Positions 17,080 to 26,472 are shown, counted from the stretch's first letter. The stretch is 49,600 nucleotides of DNA from Patescibacteria group bacterium (GCA_040384805.1 JAZKIP010000004.1:118954-168553), one strand, 5' to 3'. The notes: generated by a model from the letters alone, not told the origin. A program made the numbers and translations.

Positions 17080-18735
17080 ATGCCTACGCCCGATGAACTC
17101 CTCGATCTTTTATTAAAGAATAGGGGAATTGCAGCCGAACATAGGGATCGGTTTCTTTCTCCGTCATATACGGATCATCTCTACGACCCCTATCTTCTCA
17201 AAGATATGGACAAGGCAGTGAAGCGCATATTCGATGCTGTAGAAAAGAAGGAAAAAATAATCATCTACAGCGATTACGACTGCGACGGCATTCCCGCGGC
17301 GGTCATTATGCATGATCTTTTCACAAAGATCGGATATCAGAATTTTTCGGTCTATATTCCTGACCGCCATGACGAAGGATATGGCCTCCATACGGATGCG
17401 ATCGAAGAATTCATCGCAAGCGGCGTGAAGCTTATTATCACCTTTGATCTCGGCATAACGGCTGTTGAACAAGTACGCTTGGCAGAGGATGCGGGCATCG
17501 ACGTCATTATCACCGATCATCATCTGCCTCAGGCAAAATTGCCGGATGCGTACGCTATCATCAACCCGAAACAGGAGGGATGCGACTATCCCGACAAGAT
17601 GCTCTGCGGAGCAGGACTCGCGTTCAAGCTTGCCTGCGCGCTCATACAAAAGTATGGGGATGTCTGGAACATACCGCCCGGCTGGGAAAAATGGCTTCTT
17701 GATATGGCAGGCGTCGCCACTCTTGCCGATCAGGTCCCTCTTGTCGATGAAAACCGGCTTTTGGCCTATTACGGCTTGAAAGTTCTCCGGAAATCTCGCC
17801 GTCCCGGTCTTGCCGAGCTTTTCCGCAAGGCGGACGTCGATATTACGAAAGCGACCGAGGAAGATGTGACATTTACTCTTGCGCCGCGATTAAACGCGGC
17901 ATCGAGAATGGATAGCCCCATCAGAGCGTTCGAAGTGCTTTCGACGACTGATCTCTCATATGCCAAGACCTGCGCAGACCACCTTGCTCAAATCAACGCC
18001 GACCGCAAATCAATCGTCGCCCATATCATGAAGGACGTAAAGAAAACGCTTCGCGAGAGGGAAGACAAGCCGATCATCGTCATCGGCAATCCACAATGGC
18101 GCATCGGCGTGCTCGGCCTCATCGCCTCAAAAATAGCCGAGGAATATAAAAAGCCAGCCTTCGTCTGGGGCAAGGAGGGGGGAGAGACGATCCGAGGATC
18201 ATGCCGCACATGCGGAAATATCAATCTTGTGAGCCTCATGACATCGCTCCCGGAAAATAGTCTTCTTGAATTCGGAGGACATAAGAGCGCGGGGGGATTT
18301 TCCGTGTCGCCTGACGCCATTCATTTTCTTGAAGAAAGGCTTTTGTCGGCTCTTGCCGCACAGGAAAATTCCGAAGAAGCGGAGGAAAAAGAGACAACCG
18401 AAGCCTCGATCTTTCTTGATGATGTAACGAATGAAAATTACGCGGTTATTGAAAAATTAGCGCCGTATGGAACAGGCAATCCGAAACCCCTTTTCCTTTT
18501 TGAAAATATAACAATTTCCCTTATGAAAGAATTCGGCAAGGACAAGAATCATCTTGAGCTTATATTTCGAGACAGCCGCAGGCGGCCGGTGAAGGCAGTC
18601 GCATTCTTCAAAACAAGAGACAGTTTTAATAAAACTTTATCCGAGGGCAGTATAATGAATCTTGTGGCGACGTTTGAGAAAAATACGTTTGCCGGCCGGA
18701 CCGAGCTTCGTCTGCGAATTGTTGATATACTGTAA
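17080..18735 (+). CDS. recJ: ssDNA-specific exonuclease RecJ
   Basis: DYDCDG, EGYG, TDHH, PRLNAASR, FGGH and PYGTGNPKP. Confidence 0.96.
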   Translation: MPTPDELLDLLLKNRGIAAEHRDRFLSPSYTDHLYDPYLLKDMDKAVKRIFDAVEKKEKIIIYSDYDCDGIPAAVIMHDLFTKIGYQNFSVYIPDRHDEGYGLHTDAIEEFIASGVKLIITFDLGITAVEQVRLAEDAGIDVIITDHHLPQAKLPDAYAIINPKQEGCDYPDKMLCGAGLAFKLACALIQKYGDVWNIPPGWEKWLLDMAGVATLADQVPLVDENRLLAYYGLKVLRKSRRPGLAELFRKADVDITKATEEDVTFTLAPRLNAASRMDSPIRAFEVLSTTDLSYAKTCADHLAQINADRKSIVAHIMKDVKKTLREREDKPIIVIGNPQWRIGVLGLIASKIAEEYKKPAFVWGKEGGETIRGSCRTCGNINLVSLMTSLPENSLLEFGGHKSAGGFSVSPDAIHFLEERLLSALAAQENSEEAEEKETTEASIFLDDVTNENYAVIEKLAPYGTGNPKPLFLFENITISLMKEFGKDKNHLELIFRDSRRRPVKAVAFFKTRDSFNKTLSEGSIMNLVATFEKNTFAGRTELRLRIVDIL

Positions 18736-18740
18736 GCCAT

Positions 18741-19208
18741 ATGAGCCAAAATATTGAAATATATACCGATGGATCGTCATTAGGGAATCCCGGACCCGGC
18801 GGATGGGGAGCAGTCATAACTCTCGACGGGCAGATTCTCAAAGAGCTTGGCGCCTGCGAAGAAAAGACGACGAATAACAGGATGGAGCTTGCGGCTGTTA
18901 TCGGCGCGCTGGAGTACGTTCTTAAAAATCACAAAGAAGATAATGTTATTATCCACGCCGATTCATCCTATGTCTTGGGAGGAATCACCACATGGATACA
19001 TAACTGGGAGAAGAACGGGTGGAAGACGGCATCCAAAGGGCAGGTCTTAAATCAAGATCTCTGGCAGAAATTGATCGCGCTCGTGCGCGAATTCGGCCCC
19101 GCCCTTTCGTGGCAAAAAGTAAAAGGCCATGCGGGAGTCCTCCACAACGAGCGGGCAGATGAAATTGCAACGACATGTGCGTCCCTCCAGCAGTCGTATG
19201 CTTTATGA
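18741..19208 (+). CDS. rnhA: Ribonuclease HI
   Basis: IYTDGS.GNPGPGGW, TNNRMEL, DSSYV, VKGH and NERAD. Confidence 0.97.
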   Translation: MSQNIEIYTDGSSLGNPGPGGWGAVITLDGQILKELGACEEKTTNNRMELAAVIGALEYVLKNHKEDNVIIHADSSYVLGGITTWIHNWEKNGWKTASKGQVLNQDLWQKLIALVREFGPALSWQKVKGHAGVLHNERADEIATTCASLQQSYAL

Positions 19209-19211
19209 AGC

Positions 19212-19384
19212 ACGAATAAAATTCTCTCTAAAAATTTTCTCCGACTCGAACCGTCGTTCTGCGTGAGTCTTCTCAGGGTATGTTCTTGCTTCCGCGTGAA
19301 GCGAAATCAGACATATATCTTAAAATAGGTTTTTGTTGCTCGACGGAGGGCAAACTGAGAAAATTTTTAACAGAAAATCTTCGT
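19212..19384. repeat. Long nested inverted-repeat intergenic element
   Basis: TAAAAATTTTCTC (19229-41) pairs with GAGAAAATTTTTA (19357-69); also CCGTCG/CGACGG and GCTTC/GAAGC. Confidence 0.55.
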
Positions 19385-19420
19385 ACTGTTTTACGATATA
19401 TGTTTGACGAAGCATAATGT

Positions 19421-20716
19421 ATGCACATTAGAAAGAAAGAGATTTTTATAATAGGGGTTCTAATTGTTGTCGCGGTTATTCGATTCTTCTTTTTTACACC
19501 GCAGTCTCCCGCATATGAAAGTGCAATAGGAAAGGAGATCACATTTGAAGGTGTGGTCATAGATGCTCCCGATGTCAGATTGAGTAATCAGCATCTTGTT
19601 GTAACGCCGGAAGGCGAGAAGACCCACATTCTCGTCATTACTCAAAGGGAATATGAAGTCGCCTACGGCGATCTTGTCCATATAGAAGGCATTCTTGAAG
19701 AGCCGGAAAATTTCATAACATCATCGGAGAAGGAATTTAATTATAAGAGGTATCTGGCGAATCGCGATATTTATTATGTTATAAGCAAAGCCGATATGGG
19801 GGTCATATCGCATGGGCATGGAAATAGGCTCAAGAAAGCACTCTTTGATTTTCGCACGCGATTTATGGGGCATATTGAGCGTGCCATAGATCCACCCGAA
19901 AGCGATCTAGCTAATGGCATCCTTTTAGGGGTAAAAGGGGGATTTGATCCTCGTATGCGCGATGAATTCATCGCGACTGGCACGATCCATATCGTTGCTT
20001 TATCGGGCTACAATGTCTCGATTGTAGCCGAGGGTGTAATGAAAACACTCGGGCTTGTTTTCTCTCAGGCAGTTTCGGTTGTTTGCGGAATTGCTGTTAT
20101 TGTCTTGTTTATTCTGATGACCGGGGCATCGGCGACTGCCGTTCGAGCGGGTATTATGGCTGTCATTATGCTTATTGGTCGTATGACAGGACGCACATAT
20201 GACGCTTTGCGGACATTGGTCATCGCAGGACTACTTATGATCGCCTATGATCCGCGGGTTATAACTGATATATCATTTCAACTATCATTTCTTGCGACAT
20301 TTGGAGTCCTGTGTGTGACGCCGAAAGTTATCGGCTGGGTAAAATTCATACCGATGAGATTCAAGCTTCGCGAGCTTGTCGCAACGACGATCGCCGCAAC
20401 TATTACCGTTTTGCCGTTACTCTTGTATTCAACAGGAATATTATCGCTCGTATCTTTGCCTGCCAATATCCTTATTCTGCCATTTATCTCCTTTACGATG
20501 CTCCTTTGTTTCATAGCAGGAATCCTCGGTTTCTTGTTTTTTCCTTTATCGTTCATATTCGGATTTGTGTCGTATCTCATGCTCGTATACATTCTTTCCA
20601 TCATCCATTTTTTCGCGGGATTGCCTTTTGCAAGCCTGACGATTCAGTCATTTCCACTTAGTATCACGATTGCTCTCTACGGACTACTGGCATTGTGGGT
20701 GTGGAAAAGTCGTTGA
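19421..20716 (+). CDS. comEC: ComEC/Rec2 competence channel (DUF4131 + competence domain)
   Basis: GTIHIVALSGYNV, AVRAGIM and ISFQLSFLA. Confidence 0.93.
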   Translation: MHIRKKEIFIIGVLIVVAVIRFFFFTPQSPAYESAIGKEITFEGVVIDAPDVRLSNQHLVVTPEGEKTHILVITQREYEVAYGDLVHIEGILEEPENFITSSEKEFNYKRYLANRDIYYVISKADMGVISHGHGNRLKKALFDFRTRFMGHIERAIDPPESDLANGILLGVKGGFDPRMRDEFIATGTIHIVALSGYNVSIVAEGVMKTLGLVFSQAVSVVCGIAVIVLFILMTGASATAVRAGIMAVIMLIGRMTGRTYDALRTLVIAGLLMIAYDPRVITDISFQLSFLATFGVLCVTPKVIGWVKFIPMRFKLRELVATTIAATITVLPLLLYSTGILSLVSLPANILILPFISFTMLLCFIAGILGFLFFPLSFIFGFVSYLMLVYILSIIHFFAGLPFASLTIQSFPLSITIALYGLLALWVWKSR

Positions 20717-20740
20717 CAGATCTGGGGAGAGTAGTACTAT
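20713..20740 (+). promoter_or_regulatory. Near-consensus sigma70 promoter for the small ORF at 20880
   Basis: TTGACA-16-TACTAT. Confidence 0.55.
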
Positions 20741-20879
20741 TTTAAATAAGGATTCAACATAATTAATAGTTAAAAGAAACACCTTGATATTACGCAAGGG
20801 ACCTACATGGTTTAAATGTTCAATTATTTATTGAAAATGTTGTCTATAACCTATTTTCGTCAAAGTAAAATCTCTTATT

Positions 20880-21026
20880 ATGAAAAAGATTAAACTGACA
20901 GTCCCTTTCACAGGTACAAAAAACCTCGATGTAGCAAGACAGGCGAACCCGGTTAAATTCAAAGACAGCGGTATCGGCACAGCCAATGCGCAAAAGACTG
21001 AAGCAGCTACCCAGTCCGGCGGTTAA
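20880..21026 (+). CDS. 48-aa small protein ending in Gly-Gly (absent from the ORF track)
   Basis: MKKIKLTVPFTGTKNLDVARQANPVKFKDSGIGTANAQKTEAATQSGG; lies between a promoter and a terminator. Confidence 0.55.
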   Translation: MKKIKLTVPFTGTKNLDVARQANPVKFKDSGIGTANAQKTEAATQSGG

Positions 21027-21056
21027 AAATTTTCAGGATGTTTTCTATTTTAAAAG

Positions 21057-21087
21057 ACCCTTCCGTTCGCGGAAGGGTTACTTTTTT
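21057..21087 (+). terminator. Intrinsic terminator (UUCG loop)
   Basis: acccttccg-ttcg-cggaagggt followed by a T-tract. Confidence 0.75.
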
Positions 21088-21101
21088 ATATAAACAAAAA
21101 A

Positions 21102-21716
21102 TTATTTCGAATTCTCGAAATTCTCCTCTATCACCTCCCAATTAAGATTCTCAAAAAATGCCTCAACATATTTTTTCTTCTCCGAAGTCGGGTAGTCATA
21201 CACATATGCATGCTCCCACATATCAAGAGCAAGAACAGGAGAGAGTCCTGTTAAGTGTCCGAGGTGCTGTTCCTCGACCCACTGGGTCAAAAGATGGCCT
21301 GACTGAGCATCATAATAAAGCATCGCCCAGCCGATACCGCGGGTAAGAGCTATGGCTTTGAACCGCATCATAAATGCATCTAATGATCCCCATTCTTTTT
21401 CGATTCCCGATTTCAGAGCGCTTTCTGTGGCAAGATTATGAGGGCCTCCTTCGAATGAACTAAAATAATATTCATGATTGCGCATGCCGTCGAACTCGAA
21501 ACTGAAGCGCCTTTGCAATTCGCCGAGAACATAGGCGTTTCCTGCCTGCGCAGGCAGGGCTTCTGAGTCTTTAGAAAGTTCGGATATTTTATTTAAAATG
21601 AGATTTGCATTGGTGACATAGCCCTTGTACAACTTCAAATGCTCTTCAATGTTCTTTGCGCTAATGCCTTTTAATTCCGGAAGTGAAAATGTCTTGGGAG
21701 TAAATGTGTCGTTCAT
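21102..21716 (-). CDS. Fe/Mn superoxide dismutase family protein
   Basis: EEHLKLYKGYV, NHEYYF, GIGWA and LDMWEHAY; contains a 6-codon palindromic insert. Confidence 0.9.
   Translation of the reverse strand: MNDTFTPKTFSLPELKGISAKNIEEHLKLYKGYVTNANLILNKISELSKDSEALPAQAGNAYVLGELQRRFSFEFDGMRNHEYYFSSFEGGPHNLATESALKSGIEKEWGSLDAFMMRFKAIALTRGIGWAMLYYDAQSGHLLTQWVEEQHLGHLTGLSPVLALDMWEHAYVYDYPTSEKKKYVEAFFENLNWEVIEENFENSK
21541..21558. repeat. 18-bp perfect palindrome inserted in frame in the SOD gene
   Basis: CCTGCCTGC|GCAGGCAGG encodes LPAQAG; its removal restores DSEANAYVL. Confidence 0.7.
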
Positions 21717-21755
21717 AATTATTTTATATAGCTAATGGTATACATAAAGTATACC

Positions 21756-22625
21756 ATGGAACATTTTAAGAAATATGCCCTGCAAATTCTTCTTTTTACT
21801 CTTATTATTTCAACAATTGCGATCTGCTATTTCGCCTATAGAGGTGAGCATAAAGAGAGATATTTAAAGGTAGCATTCCTTGATATTGGACAGGGAGATT
21901 CGATTTATATCGAAGCTCCCAATGGCAAGCAAATGCTCATTGACGGGGGTCCTAATGCTATTGTCTTGTCCCGGCTTGCCTCTGTCATGCCGTTCGGAGA
22001 CCGGTCGCTTGATCTTGTTCTTGCAACTCATACGGATGCCGATCATATCGGGGGACTGCCGGCAATTCTTGGTAAATATAAAGTAGGATCATTTATCGGC
22101 AACGGAGCGGAGTCAGATACGAAGATATTCCAAACTCTTGAAGAAAAAATTTCTAAAAATAAAGTACCAAAAATAACCGCCCGTAAAGGAATGCATATTA
22201 TTCTTGATAAGGAAAAGAATGTTTATTTCGATATTTTATTTCCCGACCGTGATATTGGCGGCCTCGAATCGAACGAGGGTTCGATTGTTGGCAAGCTCAC
22301 ATATGGTGAAAGCTCATTTATGCTCACAGGAGACGCGACGCTCTATACCGAAAATCTGATCATGCAGACACACATTGCCGAAGTGCTTCGATCAGATGTC
22401 TTGAAGCTCGGGCATCATGGATCTCGCACGTCTTCGAGCGTTCTTTTTCTGGAAAAAGTCGATCCCGAGATCGCAGTTATATCCGCCGGGCTCCATAATC
22501 GCTATGGGCATCCGCACCCTGATATTGTAGAAAGATTGTCGCGTATGAGTATCCCATACATCTCCACGTATGAGAAAGGAACGATCATTTTTGAAACGGA
22601 TGGAAAGGATATAACCCGAAGGTAG
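21756..22625 (+). CDS. ComEC-family metallo-beta-lactamase-fold nuclease (stand-alone)
   Basis: FLDIGQGDS, THTDADHIGG, LTGDA, LGHHGS and NRYGHPH; N-terminal TM. Confidence 0.9.
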   Translation: MEHFKKYALQILLFTLIISTIAICYFAYRGEHKERYLKVAFLDIGQGDSIYIEAPNGKQMLIDGGPNAIVLSRLASVMPFGDRSLDLVLATHTDADHIGGLPAILGKYKVGSFIGNGAESDTKIFQTLEEKISKNKVPKITARKGMHIILDKEKNVYFDILFPDRDIGGLESNEGSIVGKLTYGESSFMLTGDATLYTENLIMQTHIAEVLRSDVLKLGHHGSRTSSSVLFLEKVDPEIAVISAGLHNRYGHPHPDIVERLSRMSIPYISTYEKGTIIFETDGKDITRR

Positions 22626-22628
22626 GAA

Positions 22629-22663
22629 AAAATAAAATCCCCGATAATTGGGGATTTTATTTT
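22629..22663. terminator. Bidirectional terminator
   Basis: aaaataaaatcccc...ggggattttatttt between convergent genes. Confidence 0.75.
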
Positions 22664-22902
22664 ATGATTCCGGCTTTCTTGAGGACTGCGTAGGCTCCAT
22701 GCTTGTTGATGGTCTTGATCGCCTGGGTTGAAAGGGTAAGAGGGAAGTACTTTTTAAGCTCCGGAACATAGATGCGCTTCTTCTGGAGATTCGGATATTT
22801 GCGAACCATGCCTGTCGGGTTGAATTTGGTGGCACGAACAACGTTGGAGTATCCTCCCGCGACCAATGAGCCCTTTTTAGTTATCGCGCAGACTTTCGCC
22901 AT
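22657..22902 (-). CDS. rpmB: 50S ribosomal protein L28
   Basis: MAKVCAITKK...PNLQKKRIYVPE...LSTQAIKTI. Confidence 0.9.
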   Translation of the reverse strand: MAKVCAITKKGSLVAGGYSNVVRATKFNPTGMVRKYPNLQKKRIYVPELKKYFPLTLSTQAIKTINKHGAYAVLKKAGIIK

Positions 22903-22943
22903 AGATGAGACGTATGCTATCATATCTAATAGAGGAATGCAAT

Positions 22944-23220
22944 CCCGTTAGAGATGTCTCATGTTTTATTACACCTATATATTAAAAAGCAAGAAGGATG
23001 GTAGAATTTACACGGGGAGTACAGGAAACCTACGGGAGCGCCTTACTCAACACAATAACGGTGAATCTCAATATACGAATAGATAAAGGCCCATTTATTC
23101 TTATTTATTACGAAGCATGTATGTCAAAACAAAAAGCCCGGTCGAGAGAATTATATTTAAAATCAGGTATGGGCAAGCGCTATCTCAAAAATAGATTAGG
23201 CGCTCCCTATCTCTAACGGG
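22944..23220. mobile_element. 277-bp element with 12-bp terminal inverted repeats carrying a GIY-YIG gene
   Basis: CCCGTTAGAGAT ... ATCTCTAACGGG, flanked by AT on both sides; related ends at 33131 and 37681-37798. Confidence 0.75.
22961..23216 (+). pseudogene. Frameshifted stand-alone GIY-YIG nuclease (UPF0213-like)
   Basis: MFYYTYILKSKKDGRIYTGSTGNLRERLTQHN stops at 23086. It continues in another frame as DKGPFILIYYEACMSKQKARSRELYLKSGMG, with one extra base near 23080. Confidence 0.85.
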
Positions 23221-23871
23221 ATGCAAGTCATCGATCCTATTAATGGAATATTCTATGTGTGTGTCCTCATTATGTCCGTTGTTATTCATGAATTCGCGCA
23301 TGGATACGTAGCATACAGGTACGGTGATCAAACTGCGCGAGCAGCAGGACGGCTGACGCTTAATCCGCTCAAACATCTTGACCTTTTCGGGTCGGTTATT
23401 CTGCCCTTGCTTCTGATACTCATGCAGGCGGGCTTTGTCATCGGCTGGGCGCGACCTGTCCCTTATAATCCGCGGAATCTGCGCGGCGGGCGGAAAAGCG
23501 TTATCATGGTGTCTCTCGCAGGCATTATCGCCAACGTCCTTATAGCGGTTATTTTCGGTCTTCTTATAAGATTCGGTTTTTCTTTTGATATACTGGCATC
23601 TGATTCCAATCCTCTTGGGATGCATCCATTCTACGTGATCGCAAGCATTATTGTTTTTACCAATCTTGTTCTTGCTGTATTCAATATTATATCGATTCCT
23701 CCGCTTGATGGGTCAAAAGTCCTTTTTTCTCTTCTGCCAGCGCGCTTGCGATTCATCGAGAACTTTTTAACGCAATGGGGCATGTTCCTTCTTCTTTTAT
23801 TTATCATCTTTCTCTGGTCACGTATCGAGCCGATCATATCCGTACTATTTTCCCTTATCACCGGTCTTTAA
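23221..23871 (+). CDS. Site-2 protease (peptidase M50)
   Basis: HEFAH, GRLTLNPLKH, GWARPVP and NIISIPPLDG. Confidence 0.95.
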   Translation: MQVIDPINGIFYVCVLIMSVVIHEFAHGYVAYRYGDQTARAAGRLTLNPLKHLDLFGSVILPLLLILMQAGFVIGWARPVPYNPRNLRGGRKSVIMVSLAGIIANVLIAVIFGLLIRFGFSFDILASDSNPLGMHPFYVIASIIVFTNLVLAVFNIISIPPLDGSKVLFSLLPARLRFIENFLTQWGMFLLLLFIIFLWSRIEPIISVLFSLITGL

Positions 23872-23941
23872 CAGCATAAGTTATCCTATCGGGCGCGATG
23901 GAGTTATCTTGTTCCATTAGGTATACTATTATATATAACCC

Positions 23942-25936
23942 ATGAAACTTTTATCCGGAAAATTCCTTCGATATTGTATTCTTGTTCTGCTGTGTACGGC
24001 AGCATTTCATGTTCGGGCCTCGATTATCGACGGCACCATCGACCCGGCAAATCATACCGCACAGGTCTGCGAATTAACAGTGTGCACCGTAACGCCGACA
24101 AGTTCGGTCAACTTTGGGTATTTTACCGATCCGGCTTCTAATCCTGCCACAACCAATGTTCATGTTCTCGATACGGAACTTACGGGCTTTATATGGGGCG
24201 AATCATTCGGGTGGACAGTTCTTAACTGCGCCGATACGACAAGCGGCTGCTCGGCCACAAACGGCAATTTCAAGGTAACGAACGATTATAATGGAAATCT
24301 TTCCGGCTATGCGTGGGGCGACACTGGCGGGTGGATTAGTTTTTGGTGCAACAATGATCCTCTTACCGAACAATGCGCAAGCAATGGGAATTTCAGAGTT
24401 ACGATAAATTCTTCAGGAGAATTTTCAGGCTACGCATGGAGCCAGAATTTCGGCTATATCAAATTCGACTGTACGCTTGGTTCTGATTACTGCGTCAAGA
24501 CTGACTGGCGTCCCCGCAATGCGCGCCCTGCCTGCAGCGACGGTATCGACAATGACAGCGACGGCCTCATCGACAGCGGCGACAGCGGCTGTCTGAATAA
24601 TGGATCATACGATCCGACTGACAGTCAGGAGTTTATTTCAAGCGGCGGAGGCGGAGGGGGAAGTACAGGTCCAACACCGATACCGCCATCAGGTCCCGGA
24701 ACTCCGCCGGTAATACCGGGCGGTACGGTGACTCCTCCGATAAGCACTCCTCCGGGCGGCACGACGCCGGGAGATAATAATCCTCCGCCGACACAGGGAG
24801 ACCCGACAGATACGATCCCCGGCGACACGCCGGGAAGCGGAGATCCGGGCGAAAATGGCGATACGAATACAGGGAACGGAGAGACGATCGACACGCGAAT
24901 CATAGATGCAATCCCTCTTCTTTCCCCGGAAGCGCGAAGAACTCTTATTGATATCTTGTCCGCCATAAAGGAATTCCTCTCTACGAGGATAGGAGACCTG
25001 ATTGCAAGAACCATTACTCTCGTCGGCGCGCTCGCGGGAATTGTCGGCATCATTGCAACAGGAATATTCGCCAATCCTCTGACATTTTCTGAAATATTCC
25101 TGATTCCGTTCCGGCTTTGGAGCCTGCTTCTTGCCGCTTTCGGCCTTAAGAAGCGCAACCGCCCATGGGGAACGGTCTATGACAGCGTTACCAAGCAGCC
25201 TCTTGATCCGGCATATGTGATTCTTCAGGATCTTGAAGGCAATGAAGTAGCCACATCGATTACCGACATTGACGGTCGGTACGGATTCTTGGTTCCTCCC
25301 GGCACATATAGGATGGTCGCTCATAAGACCAATTACGAATTTCCTTCGAAGAATCTCTTGGGCAAGGCGAGAGATGAACTTTATGGGGATCTGTATTTCA
25401 ATGACATCATCACTGTCGTTGAAGGCGGAGTGATTACCAAGAATATTCCTCTTGACCCTCTTCATTTCGACTGGAATGAATTTGCCAAAAGAGATCAGAA
25501 TCTGATGAAATTCTATTCGCGCCGGGATGTTTTCCTTGTCCGGCTCGCCAATATTCTCTTCTGGCTCGGCTTCATCGTTACCATCATCGCCGTCATCGTA
25601 ACGCCGAGGACGTATAACATCATTACATTGGCTGTCTATGTTCTTCTCTTCATACTTAAGCATACGATTCTCAAGCCGCGGCCATTCGGAACGGTCACTT
25701 ATCCAGACGGTACTCCTCTGTCATTCGCTATTATGCGCATATACCAGAACGGTACCGATCATGAAATTGCCCATAAGGTTACAGATCAGACCGGCAGATA
25801 TTATGCTCTCATCCCTAACGGTACATATTATGTAAAGATAGACAAGAAGAATCCTGATGCAAGCTACACCCCTGTTTACACATCTCTTCCGATTGAAGTT
25901 ACCAAAGGCTATATAAACAAAGCATTTAAGCTTTAA
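23942..25936 (+). CDS. Large cell-surface/membrane protein with GYAW repeats, Pro/Gly linker and carboxypeptidase-regulatory-like domains
   Basis: Signal peptide; three G(F/Y)(I/A)W...G(W/Y) repeats; CSDGIDNDSDGLID; TM segments; GTVYDSVTKQPL...TDIDGRY and TDQTGRY. Confidence 0.75.
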   Translation: MKLLSGKFLRYCILVLLCTAAFHVRASIIDGTIDPANHTAQVCELTVCTVTPTSSVNFGYFTDPASNPATTNVHVLDTELTGFIWGESFGWTVLNCADTTSGCSATNGNFKVTNDYNGNLSGYAWGDTGGWISFWCNNDPLTEQCASNGNFRVTINSSGEFSGYAWSQNFGYIKFDCTLGSDYCVKTDWRPRNARPACSDGIDNDSDGLIDSGDSGCLNNGSYDPTDSQEFISSGGGGGGSTGPTPIPPSGPGTPPVIPGGTVTPPISTPPGGTTPGDNNPPPTQGDPTDTIPGDTPGSGDPGENGDTNTGNGETIDTRIIDAIPLLSPEARRTLIDILSAIKEFLSTRIGDLIARTITLVGALAGIVGIIATGIFANPLTFSEIFLIPFRLWSLLLAAFGLKKRNRPWGTVYDSVTKQPLDPAYVILQDLEGNEVATSITDIDGRYGFLVPPGTYRMVAHKTNYEFPSKNLLGKARDELYGDLYFNDIITVVEGGVITKNIPLDPLHFDWNEFAKRDQNLMKFYSRRDVFLVRLANILFWLGFIVTIIAVIVTPRTYNIITLAVYVLLFILKHTILKPRPFGTVTYPDGTPLSFAIMRIYQNGTDHEIAHKVTDQTGRYYALIPNGTYYVKIDKKNPDASYTPVYTSLPIEVTKGYINKAFKL

Positions 25937-25950
25937 GAACTGTCAGAGTA

Positions 25951-25981
25951 AAGTCCCCCGACGTGGCACGTCGGGGGACTT
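25951..25981. terminator. GC-rich hairpin / terminator
   Basis: aagtcccccgacgtg-g-cacgtcgggggactt. Confidence 0.65.
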
Positions 25982-26043
25982 GCAATTTACACATGGGTGT
26001 AGTAAAGTACTACAACTAGTCCAGAGCGGCTATTTTTTAAATC

Positions 26044-26472
26044 ATGCCTACGATCAATCAATTGGTTCGCAAGAGCCGAAAAATCACAAAAAGAAAGTCA
26101 AAAGCCGTAGCTCTTGCCCGCGGTTTTAATTCGATCAAGAACAAGCCGGTATTTTATCCCGCACCATTTAAGCGTGGCGTCTGTACGAAAGTCTCGACAA
26201 CGACCCCGAAAAAGCCTAACTCCGCTCTCCGAAAGATCGCCCGCGTACGTTTGACGAACGGCATGGAAGTGACCGCATATATCCCGGGAGAAGGCCACAA
26301 CCTTCAGGAACACTCAGTTGTCATGATCCGCGGCGGCCGTGTGAAGGACTTGATCGGCGTACGATATCACATCGTTCGCGGACGTCTTGATGCCACAGGC
26401 GTCGACAAGCGACGACAGTCCCGAAGCCTCTATGGAGCGAAGACTCCTAAGAAAGAGGGAGCAAAGAAATAA
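26044..26472 (+). CDS. rpsL: 30S ribosomal protein S12
   Basis: [19 protein letters not shown] and GHNLQEHS. Confidence 0.99.
   Translation: MPTINQLVRKSRKITKRKSKAVALARGFNSIKNKPVFYPAPFKRGVCTKVSTTTPKKPNSALRKIARVRLTNGMEVTAYIPGEGHNLQEHSVVMIRGGRVKDLIGVRYHIVRGRLDATGVDKRRQSRSLYGAKTPKKEGAKK

Noticed and set aside
22998-23216. 72-aa ORF as an independent gene
   Set aside because: Only its 3' half is coding-like; it is the C-terminal part of the frameshifted GIY-YIG gene.
24640-24890. Pro/Gly-rich segment as collagen or a DNA tandem repeat
   Set aside because: No sustained Gly-X-Y period or exact nucleotide repeat; a simple low-complexity linker.
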